From: Camelus ferus
Taxonomy: Eukaryota
Reading direction: 5' to 3'
DNA length: 64,000 bases
Assembly: GCF_009834535.1 (NCBI RefSeq)
Contig: NC_045707.1
Span: forward strand, 58,220,001 to 58,284,000
The notes under the pieces were generated by a model. The model was given only the letters and a program-made list of their open reading frames with translations, was not told the DNA's origin and made no database searches. Of this stretch, positions 35,926-48,375 are shown piece after piece. The translations under genes and the position numbers were made by a program. Numbering within the stretch: position 1 is the stretch's first letter; each line of letters starts with the position of its first letter.

Positions 35926-38669
35926 GTGAGCCTGGCTGGGGCCGCGGCCGGACCCTGGAGGGCTGCCGCCTCCCTGGGTCTTCCCCCCGGGGCGCAGAGC
36001 TTTCCCACTCGAGCTCGTACTGCTTTCCCTTTCCCTGCGCTGGGCAGGCAGAGGGTGATGGAGTTTTACTCGGAACAACTGCTTCCTGGGAAGTTCCCCA
36101 AACCCAGAGTAGGACACGTGCTTTTCAGGCTTCCTGGCTGAGATCTCAGACCCAGGATCCTTTTCAGTGGTGGAAATACAACTCGGGGCTCCAGAACTTG
36201 CTCCCCTGGACTGGTTTGTTTATGCTTGATCAGTTAGAGAAATTGATTAATGGTGATGACGACATACTCTATTTAGTTTCCCATGTGTGTCCGTCTCAAG
36301 TTATCAGATAGTTTATCTCTTCTCTCTGAACAGTGTTTAATAGCACCTGTAAAGAAAACGTGGCCTTAGCACAGTCCGAGAATGAACCCAAGATAAGTTC
36401 GATGAACCCAAGATAAGTATATCCAAATGAGCATATAGCATATATATTTCACATATAAACCTGCTTTTGGAAATAGTGCCCCCCCACCCGTTTTTTCTGA
36501 GTGATATTCAGCACAGTAGGAACACTGTATCAACTCACAATAATTTTTGCTAAGACGATCTCTCTTTGTATTTAAGTATTTGACTCTTGTGTGTCCTGGG
36601 AAACATTTGTGGTACGGTTGGTTTTTTGTTTTGTTTGCTTGTTGTTTGTTTCTGGTATTTTTGAGCAGTCTCAAAAACATTCCTGCAGACAGCAGCAGCA
36701 GCATCTTCCCAATAGAGTGACTGGTGAAACATTTTTTACTTGGGGTACCTCTTTCTACCCTCAACAAAACGAAACAATCCTTAACAAGTTTTGGTTACTT
36801 TAATAGTAACTGACCGGTGGGGAAGTAATTCAACAACCTTGTTTCACTCAAAGTAGGTTGCGTCTTTTTCTCATTGGCTCTAGGTTTTATCTTTTCTTTT
36901 TTTTTTTTTTTTTTTTTGGCCTCCTGGCCTTCTAGTTTATTCAACTTTGACATAGTAGATAAATAGGTAGAATTTACAAACTTTAATCGTGGTTCAAATA
37001 AAAGCATTTGCAGTAAGTTAGGGTGTATATCAAACATACCCATATTTTAAAGGTTTAATACTGTTTCCATACCTAAAAAAATCAGAGTTTGCCTTGAAGG
37101 GTGTATTTTTATGAGTGTTTCAGAGAGATTTTTATCAGCCAGCAAAACTGTCCTCTGTGGTTTGCTACTTGCACAAAAGATCTGTTATTCATTAAATTGC
37201 TTTAAAAGGAATTCATAAGAGTGGTAATCAAATTTCTAGGGTTTTTTTTTAAGTTAAAAATATGAAGATTAAGGGGAAACTGGAGACAAGGCTTTGGAAA
37301 AGCTACATTCCTCAACTTTATTTTTAAAAGTAGCTGATGGTCCAAATAAAAGAATTTGTCATTTCCAATCTTTTCCTCATTGTTCATATGACAGGGGTCT
37401 TATTTTAGGAAATATCTTGGCAGATGTTAAACTTCATTTTTTTGTCTGGCTACTTGTGCTAAAATAGTTATTCTCAAATATCTTTTTTTTTTTTTTTTTT
37501 TTTTTTAACAAGGGTAGTGTTTACTGGGAGGAATAAGCATGGTAAATCTTTTGAGAGCCTAAGAAACATCCTTTGTTAATATTTTCTGCTTTGGGTAAGG
37601 GAACATAGTGCTGAGAATGTAGATGACTCCCCACTACAATTGAGTCTAATACTCTGGAATGTTTTTCGTTTGGGTGTTGGCAACTCCTAAATTTAATCTT
37701 CCTGAAAAACAAACAACCCAGGGTACCATTTCTTGCCTGTGGAACCTAACCTTTTTTATTGAGTTGGGAATTGAGTACTTTTTGTGCTAACTGTGGCTCT
37801 ATCTGTTTCATGCTGTAGGACCCAGCAAAACATGGTAATGTTTTACCACAGTGTCTGATTAGCTGACATACTTCTTCAGTGCCTCCTCCCCATATTTTCA
37901 CTTTTTAAAAAAAAGTTAAGTCCTTCATATTATGTTGATAGTGGTAAAACATGTGACACAAAACTTTAAAAGTGAATCATTTTCATATCTTTAGGTTGTC
38001 GGCTTTTTTAGAATTGTGTTCTATTCATTTCTCTTAGTAGTTTCAACATTGAGAAAGCCAGTTGCTGTGGAGCTCTTGTGTGTACAGCCTACCACGCCGA
38101 TTTTGAAAAGTCATATAATATTTTACAAAATTATCAGGTGTAAAAATATTATAAAAGCAAAAAATCACCCATCTGTCAATATTGTATTGTATTATATACA
38201 GTATTGGGTAAGACTTTCTTGTTTTCAGACAGTATTCCCAACCATTAGTAAATTAACTTGCATGCAAAGGGCCAGTTTTATTGGTTGATAAAAAGTTCCT
38301 TCGGGAAGTGTTTATTAAGCATCTATTTGATGCATTGTGACTTTCATTAACTTATTTTACTAATTACTGAGTGTTATAAAGTTGTTATAAAGGAATCTGA
38401 CAGCAGCTAAAGCCACCACAAGCAACTAGGAGATGGTTTTAGTAAGGATGCAGTCCAAAAGCTGAAAATGGTTGATGATGGTAGGGCGTGTGATGGCTGT
38501 AATAAGAGTGAATATACAGTTGCTCATTAATGAAAACTTCAGTTATTCTCATTTACTAAGAGATTTTTTTTTTTTGCCCTAAGTTTTTACTTTTTCTATT
38601 TTTGGGGGTAGAAGCCCAAATTGGATAATTTGAATGTGACATACATCATGCCAGTAATTTTTGTATACA

Positions 38670-41600
38670 TTCATTAGATCAGCCAAATGTTTATTACATG
38701 TCTGTTCAAGGGCACTATCTTAAGCACTGTGGAGAAAACAGGAATAGTGTATTTTCAAGGCGCAAGACTGTAATCTGGGAAGAAGACTAAGGCATAATTA
38801 CATGAGGGACTTAAGTACTGAGTTAACAGTTTAAAAGCCATCTTAATGCGGTATGTAACTAATTGTTTATTAAAAATATGTGTTTAAAGGGAAGAGATGA
38901 TGGGGCTGAGAGAAGCTATTGAAGTTGAGGGTCTTGAGCTAAGACTTAAATTTCTTTATGTATTTATGCATATATTAACACATAAATTTACGTATTTTAA
39001 ATGTCAGAGTGTAGTGGGTTCTTAACTGTGGCAGCACATTAACATCATGTGAGGATATTAAAAAAAAATGGTCCCTCATACTGATGACTTGTCTTCTCCC
39101 TCCCTGATGCCCTTAGATTTAGTGGGTCTGGGATGGATCCCAGGCATTAATATTTTGTTAAGCTTCCCATGTGATTCATTTGTGAGTCAGGTTTAAGAAC
39201 TAATGGGTTGCAGTCTGGGGACACAGAAATAGATAGAACACAGGCCTTGCACACAAGGGGCTCTCACGTAATATTAGGAAACTGTGTTAAGTAGTACAGT
39301 GTTAAGTACAGGCTCTTTCCTGAGCAGGGTCCCTAACTCAAGAGGAGGGGAATAGTTGAGGAAGGCTTCCTAGATAGTTACACCCCCATTTTCCAAGTGC
39401 TTGTGAAGTTACTGCCATTGAGTAGATTTGCATGAATGGGTTAACAGAGATGTTTTTCGTAGAAAATATAATCTTTCAATAGATAGAGGTCAAATGACAC
39501 TAAAGTATTGATTCAAATATAAAAGTTAACATATTTAAACTTACTGTTTTCATAGTGGTTGGCTAAAGTGCTGTATGTATTATCTTAATGTTCACAGCAA
39601 TCCCATATGGTAGTTGTAGTTACTCTTTTTATCTCCATTTCCAGAGGAGAAAATGGAGGCTTACGTTTAAAAGGCTCAAGATCACATGGAAAGTGAATAA
39701 GTGTCACAGCAGTAATTTAAAGGTTTTTGTGTTTTGTTTTTTTTTTTGTATTTGTGTGTCTAGGGAAAGGAGAATTTTTAAGAATTAGTTTATCTTACTT
39801 TATTTGGCTTATTTCTCTAGAGTTTTTTCAATAACTTTTTATTAGAGGTTATCTTAAATAATTTAAACATCTGAATGGGGAAAATAGTCAAAGTATGGAA
39901 TTGAATAGAAATTAAGGTCAAATTTGTAAGCTGAGAGATTGCTTCTGACCGTCTGATCTGTAGTTTGCTTGGCAAAGTTTTGAACACCAGGTCATAGCAA
40001 AAATAAATCTACTTTTGGCTAGCAGTCAGAAAATGTGAATCTTTGATTTTGCTTAAGTGATATGTTATTTTTCTGTCAAGATCGGGTTATTAACACCTAC
40101 TCCATAGTTTGAAGGAGCACTTGATATATAGAAACACTTTTAAGTGAACACAATTCAAGTCATAATTATTCAGTATATTTATTTACCATTATACAGGACA
40201 AGTTCCACTTAGTAAATCTTATAAATCCAGGTAGATTAAGAAATGCCTTTTGGTATGCCCATTATATTCCAGACTGTCTACCTTTCTATGTGATGAGTCA
40301 GGAGAAGAACTAATAGTGATTCAGAGTTGGAGAAAATTGGACGTGTGTATAGGGTAGATACAGCATAAACACTGAGGCTCCTTCCTAAGGTATCAAGCCC
40401 TACTTTCCTAAATGTTTGCACTGCTTGATAAAGTAAATGAACATTTTAATATTATCAGGATTTGTAATGAATTTTCTAATGTGAGATGCCTTTTTCCATA
40501 AAAATAATAATTATGTAATTAAGGTAGGTGATATTTATGGTTTGTTTATTAAGTGCCAGCCACTGATCTAAGCGCGTTACCTGTATTGGTGCATTTAACT
40601 CTCACTACAACCTTATGGGAAAATGGAGCAGAGAAGGTAAGTTACTTACTTGCCTGAGGTCATATGTGTGGTAAGAAACAGAGTTGAGATAAGTCTGTCT
40701 TCAAAGCCTTGTGCTTAATAACCATCTTCTTATATTTCAGTGTATCACATACTATACACCTAGGTTAAGAAATGCCAAGATTATTTTCTAAGAATTTCAT
40801 TACTCTAGAATTTGAAAATAGCCCTATTATAAAAGGCAGATGAAGTGGGACTTTGTTGGAAAATTTTGAGAGCAAATAAATATATAAACAGTGGCATTAA
40901 AATTCTTAAAATCTTTATGAAGCTAGTGACCCCATTTATGCTCTTTATTATTTCTACACTGGTTTTTAGCACCTGTGACATAGGCCAGAACACAATTACG
41001 TTGTTTAATAGTAATGCTGTTATAGTATGTTAGAAGTTTAAAATTACTGGAAAATATTAGAGTTTGAAATTTTCTAAGTGTTTTTTTTCTTTTTAAAGAA
41101 TGAGATATAATTTCTTTACCATAAAATTCACCCTTTTAAAGTGTACAGTTCACTGGTTTTTAATATATTCACAAAGTTGTGCCCTAAGTGCTTTTATATT
41201 TTCATCTTAATTTTTTATCATGTTCCTAAAACCTGTGGTACCTAAATTTTTCCCCTACTCAGTAAATTGCAGCAGTATTCAAACCATGAGTAGTTATTAA
41301 ATTAATATAATTTAATATCCGCTTTTCCTGCATTTCACAGAGAAAAATGGCAGAATTGCCCCAGTTTTAAGTTTCTTAAAATTTAGACATCTACTACCAT
41401 TTATTTTTACTGGAGTTTAGTATAAGAGGTATTTAATTTAACTGAATATAGGATTTTCAACTTATTTAAAATTTGACAAATCTTTCATGGAGATCTGCAA
41501 AGCTCTATAATCTAAACATTTGGAAACTTTGATTCAGAGTAAAAATGGACCATTAATGGCTTAACTCATGTTACTTAAATTAGGGTCTTAAAACATCCGG

Positions 41601-41770
41601 CTATGTGTGTGTGGGAGGGAAGGACCACCTGTACCAGTATCACCTGTGGTTGCTTATTGTGGATTTCTGGGACCCACCTCAGTCTAGGAGTGGGGAGGGG
41701 TTACGTGGAACTGCATTCTAACATGTTCCTAAGTGATTCTTGTGTACGCTGAAGTTTGAGAAGAACTGAC
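38670..41770. mobile_element. Cluster of old repeats: L2 (~38670-38945), MER5-like (~39012-39205, ~41580-41770), MIRs (~39560-39715, ~40530-40730), L1MB 3' stub (~41085-41185)
   Basis: Characteristic core motifs of each family; boundaries approximate. Confidence 0.6.
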
Positions 41771-43489
41771 TTAAATGCCTTGTACTGGTTATTGATCTAT
41801 GAAATGAAATTGATACTGATTATTTAATTCATATAACAATCTTATTAGAGAACGTTTGTGAAAATGTTCTAAGAATGACCAAATGACAAATTATAGCTAT
41901 TGTATAGGTTACATTGATAGCTGGTTGATGTCTAATGGAAATTTCTTACTGGGATGTTAATCATTCTCATTTTTCCCTTTTAATTAAGAGCTTTATAGAT
42001 ATTTTAAGAGTCAGATGGAGCTACTTGGAAATTCAAATCACCTTAAACATTTATGTAATGTGATATATTTAGTGCAAAATGTTGTGTCTGCCTTGCTTCT
42101 TGTCCAGAATTTATTAGAAGCGTAGACTACAGAAAAAACTTCTAACACTTAATGGGCAATTTGAACTTCAACTCATTTTTCTTTGTTATATTCTTTAAGG
42201 AGAAGTGTATAATTATGTGTATAAATGTACTTAATGATTAGTTCAAATTATTAAATTTAATCTTAAAATAGGTTTTTTTCTTCTTATCCAAATGTTCTCA
42301 AGTGCAAAACTCCCTTTTGTTCACTGCTCTCTCATTAGACCTGCAGATATCCTTGGCCAGCCAATTGATTCTTAATGTATTTGGTTATTGCTGAAGCAGC
42401 TTTAAGTCTTAGACATTTTTGTTTACAGCTGTATACATAGTGGTGTTAGGATTGAGTCTCAGCCATTTATTACATTCTCCTCAGGTTACTTAAAAAACGC
42501 TATGTCTGACTGAAATTGTAAGAATATTTAAGTTCTAAAAGCAGCAGAATTATATACTTCAAAGGTAGAATCAGCTTCAGTGAGTTCAAAACTTAGCATG
42601 TATATTAGCATTTATTCTATGATAGTCTTTAGAAATTTTCTTCACCAAATTTTTACCTGTTACAGTGTGGTTTTCAGTAATAGTTTCATTTGTTGTATAA
42701 GTTGAATTTAAAGAAAAAGGGCCATTATATTCTGAAAGTGAGCATGTTTTAGGGGTTTTGGGAAATGAACAGACAGGAGAGTTTATGTTGTAGATTACGA
42801 TTCTATGACAGTTAAAAATTTGTTTACAGGTTCTTTTTATAAATTGTAAAAATAGTAAAATATAGTTTGTGGTACAGATGAAAGCATGTAATAAAATTAA
42901 CTTTAAAAGATACTAATACTCAGCTTATCTATGGACCATACAAGTGAACTACTTAATCTTACTTCTTTGAGAAATTTTCAAGTTATATAAAATATGAAAT
43001 GATTTTCTATTACTTTTGGAATTCCTTGCAGACTATTTTTAGTAGTATTTTAAGAAGAATGGAAATCTAAGTTATGAAGAACAAAATTAACATTCCAAAG
43101 ATGGTACTTGAGGAATATGAATAAAAACTGTTTTAGCTGAAATAGTTAAAGAAGTTAATTTAGGTTTCAAATTCTTGACAAGGCTTCTTGATATTCTATA
43201 ATGCAAGCAAAAGTTGATCCAGACCACATTCATGTAATCTTAATTTTTTTCTACTGGTGAAAGTAATGTGTTTAAAAAAAAAAGCTACATGTTCATTGTA
43301 TTTCCCTTGTGGAAATTCAAGAAAAGATAGAGAAACGTATCACCTGTTATCTTACACATACTAGCATTTGTTTCTAATCCTTTTTCTGTGTATTGGCATA
43401 AAAAGGGAACCACACTATACAGATTTATGTGTATTTGGTAGTTTATTATGAGCATTTTTATAGTGTTATTCTTCAAAAACAGGGATGGA

Positions 43490-43715
43490 TTTTTTTTTTA
43501 TTGTGGTAAAATACCCATACATAAAATCTTAACCATGTTTAAGTGTACATTCAGTGGTGTTAAATACATTCCCACTGTCGTGCAGCCATCACCACCACTG
43601 TCCATCCCTGTAACTTCTTTCATCTTGTAAAACTGAAACTCTGTACCTATTAAACAGTAAGTCCCATTCTACCCTCCTTCCAGCTCCTAACAGGCACCAT
43701 TGTACTTTCTGTCTT
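43490..43715 (-). mobile_element. L1MB-like 3' end
   Basis: ttttttattgtggtaaaata...aagtgtacattcagtggtgttaaatacattc...aactgaaactctgtacctattaaac. Confidence 0.8.
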
Positions 43716-43984
43716 CAAGGGTAGATTTATTGTATTATTTGATACTACAATATTTAAACATTATTTCATTGGGAAAGGACCCTACTTCTAAACAGCTGTT
43801 CATTTCTTTTCATATATTATGTTTCCTGAAACATTCTTCAAGGAAAGTGGATCAAACTGTCTCATAGATAGTAGGACCTTCAGATAATTGTGAAAAGGCC
43901 CAGAGATTTTTTTCTTTTACCTTATCTATTAAAGGTAGATTTTGATGGGAAATTGGTGATTATAGTGGCAGTAATTATAAGGGT

Positions 43985-44530
43985 GTGTAAGCTATAACTC
44001 AGCCTACAAGTTCATAAAACTCAACATGATACACAAAATCACATGATAAAAACCACGGGGCATATGGAAAAATGGAGTTTAAGGGGCATAGCACTCGAAA
44101 ACTTTTGTCAGTGACATGTAAAAAGAAATCTAATAAAGACTAGCACAGTTTTATCCATGTTAAATGGTTAAGCGGTATGTAAGTATGGCAGTAAATATGA
44201 CACATTACTTTGAAAAAGACCTGAAGTTTGCTCATAGAATTGGGCATCAAGAGGGTTGCAACTTGTGAGGTGGTGTAAGAAGGGTTATCTGAAATTGGAC
44301 TGGAAATGTAGCACTAGATATGAATGGGCGTGGCTCATAGCACATGCAGATGTTTGTGGCATGTGCATTTTGTGTGTTTCTGTATGTCTGGGTTGCATTT
44401 TCTGTGCTCATCTAGTGTTTCATGCAGTTGCGCAGAAGCAAATGCGAAATTTGTGTTAGGCTCAGCTTGCTTCCTAACATATTAGTTGCTTCGGAACAAA
44501 TCCAGTTTTCTCAATAAATGTTATAGTGTG
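43985..44530 (-). mobile_element. Tigger13a-like DNA transposon
   Basis: ctagtgtttc...gcaaatgcgaaatttgtgttaggctca...ggaacaaatccagttttctcaataaatgttatag resembles the reverse complement of the Tigger13a end. Confidence 0.65.
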
Positions 44531-45448
44531 TATGTACACACCCATACATACACATCTGCCTATATATCCACATCTATATGCATGTCCACATCCATATATC
44601 CAAAACGGGTCAAACAATGCCATGAGAAGATTTTCCAAGTAGTGAGGTGGAGAAAGGTCTAGGGAGCAGACAGTGCCTAGAGCTGAGAACACTCATTTAA
44701 GAGTATACTAATACTGATTGCTAGGGCAATGGTGGGAGAAAAGGAGTGGATGGATTTGAGAGGAATTTCATTGGTATTAGAAAATTACATAACTGGATGT
44801 TTTGGGCTGTAAAAGTCTTAAGAGATCATCTAGTCTGCTATAAAAAAGTATTAATTTTTCCCAGAGTACTTTTATCTCAAAACTTATGTTGTATTTCAGC
44901 CTCAACCTTCTTACCTCTAGCTGAGTGTAACAGTTCTCCCCCCCAGCCCCACCCTGCACCCCAGCCCTGCCCCAGGGCTAACTCTACCCTGATTCCTTCC
45001 TATCTAGAATCTTGCTTGCGTATTTTATTCCTTCTTTTGTAAATACTTGGCCTTTCTTTCTTGGTTCATCCTGCCATGAAGGAATGGTCCCTTAACTGCT
45101 TCACCTTCAGTTTAGTTTTCTTTCCTTAATGACTCAGTTTAAAGGCACTGTTTTCATATGCTAACTCCCATTTCACTGCTTAGTTTCCACTACTTTATTA
45201 AAATTGATCTTTCCAAGGTTGCTTATGACCTCATAATTGCCAAATGTGGCAACTTCTTTTCTATTTTTGTCCTATCTGACCTCTCTGTAGCATTTGCCCT
45301 TGTCACTTTCCCTTGAATGTTTTTTAGTTGATTTACTCAGAAACATTTAAGTGACATCTGTGTGCCCCAGGGCCCAGTGCTAGGTGATACAGTGAGTTAC
45401 ATATCACTAGTTTTCAAGGAACTTCCAGTCTTCTTTCTGGGAAAAAGA

Positions 45449-45787
45449 TGTTTTCCTTTAGGCAGCTATAACAGAGCACCATAGACTGGGTGGTTTATGA
45501 GCAACAGATTTGTTTCTTACAGTTTTGGAGGCTGGTAAGTCCAAGATCAAGGTGGCAGCAGAATCTGGTGAGAGCCTGCTTCCTGTTCTCTCTGTCCTCA
45601 CATGATGGAAGAAGGTGAGAGAGATCTCGGGTTTCTTATCAGAGCACTAATCCATGGGATTATCATGAGGACTCCACCCTTGTGCCCTAATCTCCTCCCA
45701 GAGGCCCCATCTTCTAATACTGTCGCATCGGGGTTTACAATCTCAACATAGGAACTTTGGGGAGACACAAATATTTAGTCCATAACA
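45449..45787 (-). mobile_element. MLT1A-like solo LTR
   Basis: gctataacagagcaccatagactgggtggtttat...ggaggctggtaagtccaagatcaaggtggcagcaga...tagtccataaca. Confidence 0.85.
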
Positions 45788-46019
45788 GATAACAAGTAAC
45801 TAGAATTTGTTGTAATAAAAACTATGATGGAGAAAAGAACAAAGTACTGAACTAGCTGAGCCACCAGTTACGTAAGGGAGTCAAGGAGGGCTTTATTAAG
45901 ATGAAGTGGTGTTAAGCCCTGGGTCTTGACTGATGAGGGAGGATTCCCCAAGTGCATAGAGGGGACTCGGTAACATTCTAGCTAGAGCAAATAGCATGGT
46001 CGAAGATACACAGGCAGGA

Positions 46020-46240
46020 GATAGTAGCATTGTATTACATGTCTACTGTGTGTCCAGCACTGCACTGGGGGCTTGCTATGCATCATTTCTAATCTTCACA
46101 TTAACTCACAAGGTAGATTATTATTATTTTTTTTTCATTTTACAAGATGAGAAAGTTGAGCCTCAGAGAAGATGTGACTTGCCCAGAGGCCATACTGGCA
46201 AATTTAGATTTGACTCCACATTTGTTTAGGTGCCTATATG
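46020..46240 (-). mobile_element. MIR SINE
   Basis: cattttacaagatgagaaagttgagcctcagagaagatgtgacttgcccagaggccatac. Confidence 0.75.
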
Positions 46241-48375
46241 CACACATTGGTTATCATTGTTTGAAAGAGGGAGAGCTATGTTCTAACAGAGGAAACTTTG
46301 ATGTGCAGAGAAATTCATGGTTGGGAGTGAATGGAGAACAGCTAAAGAGGAATGATACTGATCAGTTGTGATAGAGCTGAATGTCGTTCCAGGGAAATCA
46401 AACTTATTCAGTTGTGGGGGTTTTTTTTTTGTTTTTTTTTTTTTTTTTCAGTATTGTTGGCTGGGCATTTCCTTCCCCTGTTCATACCTAGTTATATAAT
46501 AACTCACAGTTTCTAGAGTGGAAGAAGTTTTGGCTGCCTAATTTAAAGTCATTAAAGGAATTTTCTTGTTCAGAGACAAGTATCTGTTTAAGAATAGAAA
46601 ACAATACAAAATCCTGTAAAAATAATATGCATATAATAGAATAAATCCAAATTTCCACATAGGTTAAAAAGAAATGAGACTATAGGCTCTAAGCAAAATT
46701 TTACCAGGTGATTCTTTTTATTACAAAAATAATTCTGTACTACAGATAGATTTGGGAATGACTTTTTGTGGGGGACAGGATGGAATGGAAATAGGGGCCT
46801 CTGGTGATACTGAATTGCAAGATTCTGTTCTGAGTGTAGTCATGGAGAGGTTTTAGCTTAATATTGTCCCTGGGTTTAGACTTTGCCCTGTACTTGATAT
46901 CAAAGTAGGTGTTAATTCCATTGCCAGATTCTTCTGGTTCATCTTACAGTGCAGATGCTTGGAATACAAGTACTAAAGGATGGCATTGCCTTTGAGTCTT
47001 TTCTGCATATTATTTGTTCAGCTTCTACAAATGTGCCCTTCCTCGCTCCCTTTCTTTTACCCTCTCTGAGAGAAAATTAAGTGCTTCCCCAAATCACGTT
47101 TTAGAAATAGTGTTTATTTTTGATGGTATAAAGGTAATGCCTCCTCATTGTAGAAAATCTGAAATTAAACAGCAAAAAGCAGGATTGTGCAAACATCAGC
47201 TATAGATTACTGCTTTCAATTTGACTTATATTCCTTCATTATTATTTTTATGCATTGGGATTATATTGTACGTACATTTTTATAACCTACCTTTAAACTT
47301 GACATCATATCATGAATATTATTTCCTATTAAAAATGTTTTGAAAGCAGAGATATTAATTGCTACATATTTTTGTTTCATAAATGTAATTCCCACTATGC
47401 AATGATTGATAACTATTACTTCATATTTTGGTATACAATTCTTGAGAACACACACATAAAATAATACATATCCAGAAACTTAATAACTTTACAATAAAAC
47501 TTTTTTGTTTTTCATATCTTATGAACATCTTTCTATGCCAGTGAATATGTGGCTGTGTTATTCTTTTTTTTTTTCTATTAACTCTCCCAATGTATTTATT
47601 CAACAGATATTTCCTGAGAGCCTACTGTGCCCCAGTGGGGACACAGCAGTAAACAATACAAAGCTTCTGCCTTCACTGAGCTTACAATCTAATAGCACAC
47701 ACACACAAAAAAATACCATCATTTCATAGCAATAATAATGTGTTGTTATTCTTTTGTTGGCTACAGAATATTCCATAATTTGGATGTTCCAATAAAGCTA
47801 CAATAAATTTACTACCTTCTTGGTACTTACTGCATATTAGACACTGAACTAGGCCTCTCAGTCATTTGATTTGTTGTATTTGCTCTGTTATCAGCATTGC
47901 CGTGATTTGGACAAACTAATTCCTGATTTTGTCCTTGGGCAATTTAAAATCTAATTTGGAGAAATAAGGTTATATAAGATAATTTTGAAACATTAAAAAA
48001 TGTATAATAAAGTGTTAGATATTATGTCCTACTGTTAGTACAGAGAGGTGAGAGTTCCTAGAGGACTGAATAGTCTGGGAAGAGAGTATAAGGTTTGAGC
48101 TGATCTTGAAGGACTGATAAGAAATGGGCTGATGAAGAGAGTCATACTTCAGACTGAGAGAGCAGAGTGGGCAGTGGTACAAAGGTGAGAGTGGCAGCCT
48201 GATTGGGGTAGAGGGTTTATATTAGGAGATACATAATATTTCAACTTTCAAACACATAGTGGTGGGATGCAGATATTATAGTTGATAGTTTGGTTTGATG
48301 TTACCTTCAAAGCTCTACTCTGTGGATCATTTGAACCACTTACAGTTGTTTATAGTAACATTTCTTTTTAAATGA

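Larger units (their letters stand above)
34160..36060. promoter_or_regulatory. CpG island / TATA-less PAWR promoter
   Basis: Abrupt switch to very GC- and CpG-rich sequence. GC box GGGGCGGGGC at 34519-34528; TEAD-type GGAATG/CATTCC at 34441, 34634 and 34888. Confidence 0.93.

Noticed and set aside
34765..36117. 450-aa antisense ORF and other long overlapping ORFs at 34.2-36.3 kb
   Set aside because: Low-complexity Gly/Arg/Pro/Ala translations expected from stop-codon depletion in a CpG island; no recognisable domain
46420..46452. Long T tract plus CAG as the acceptor of PAWR exon 3
   Set aside because: Downstream sequence does not encode the Par-4 continuation; no convincing partner donor
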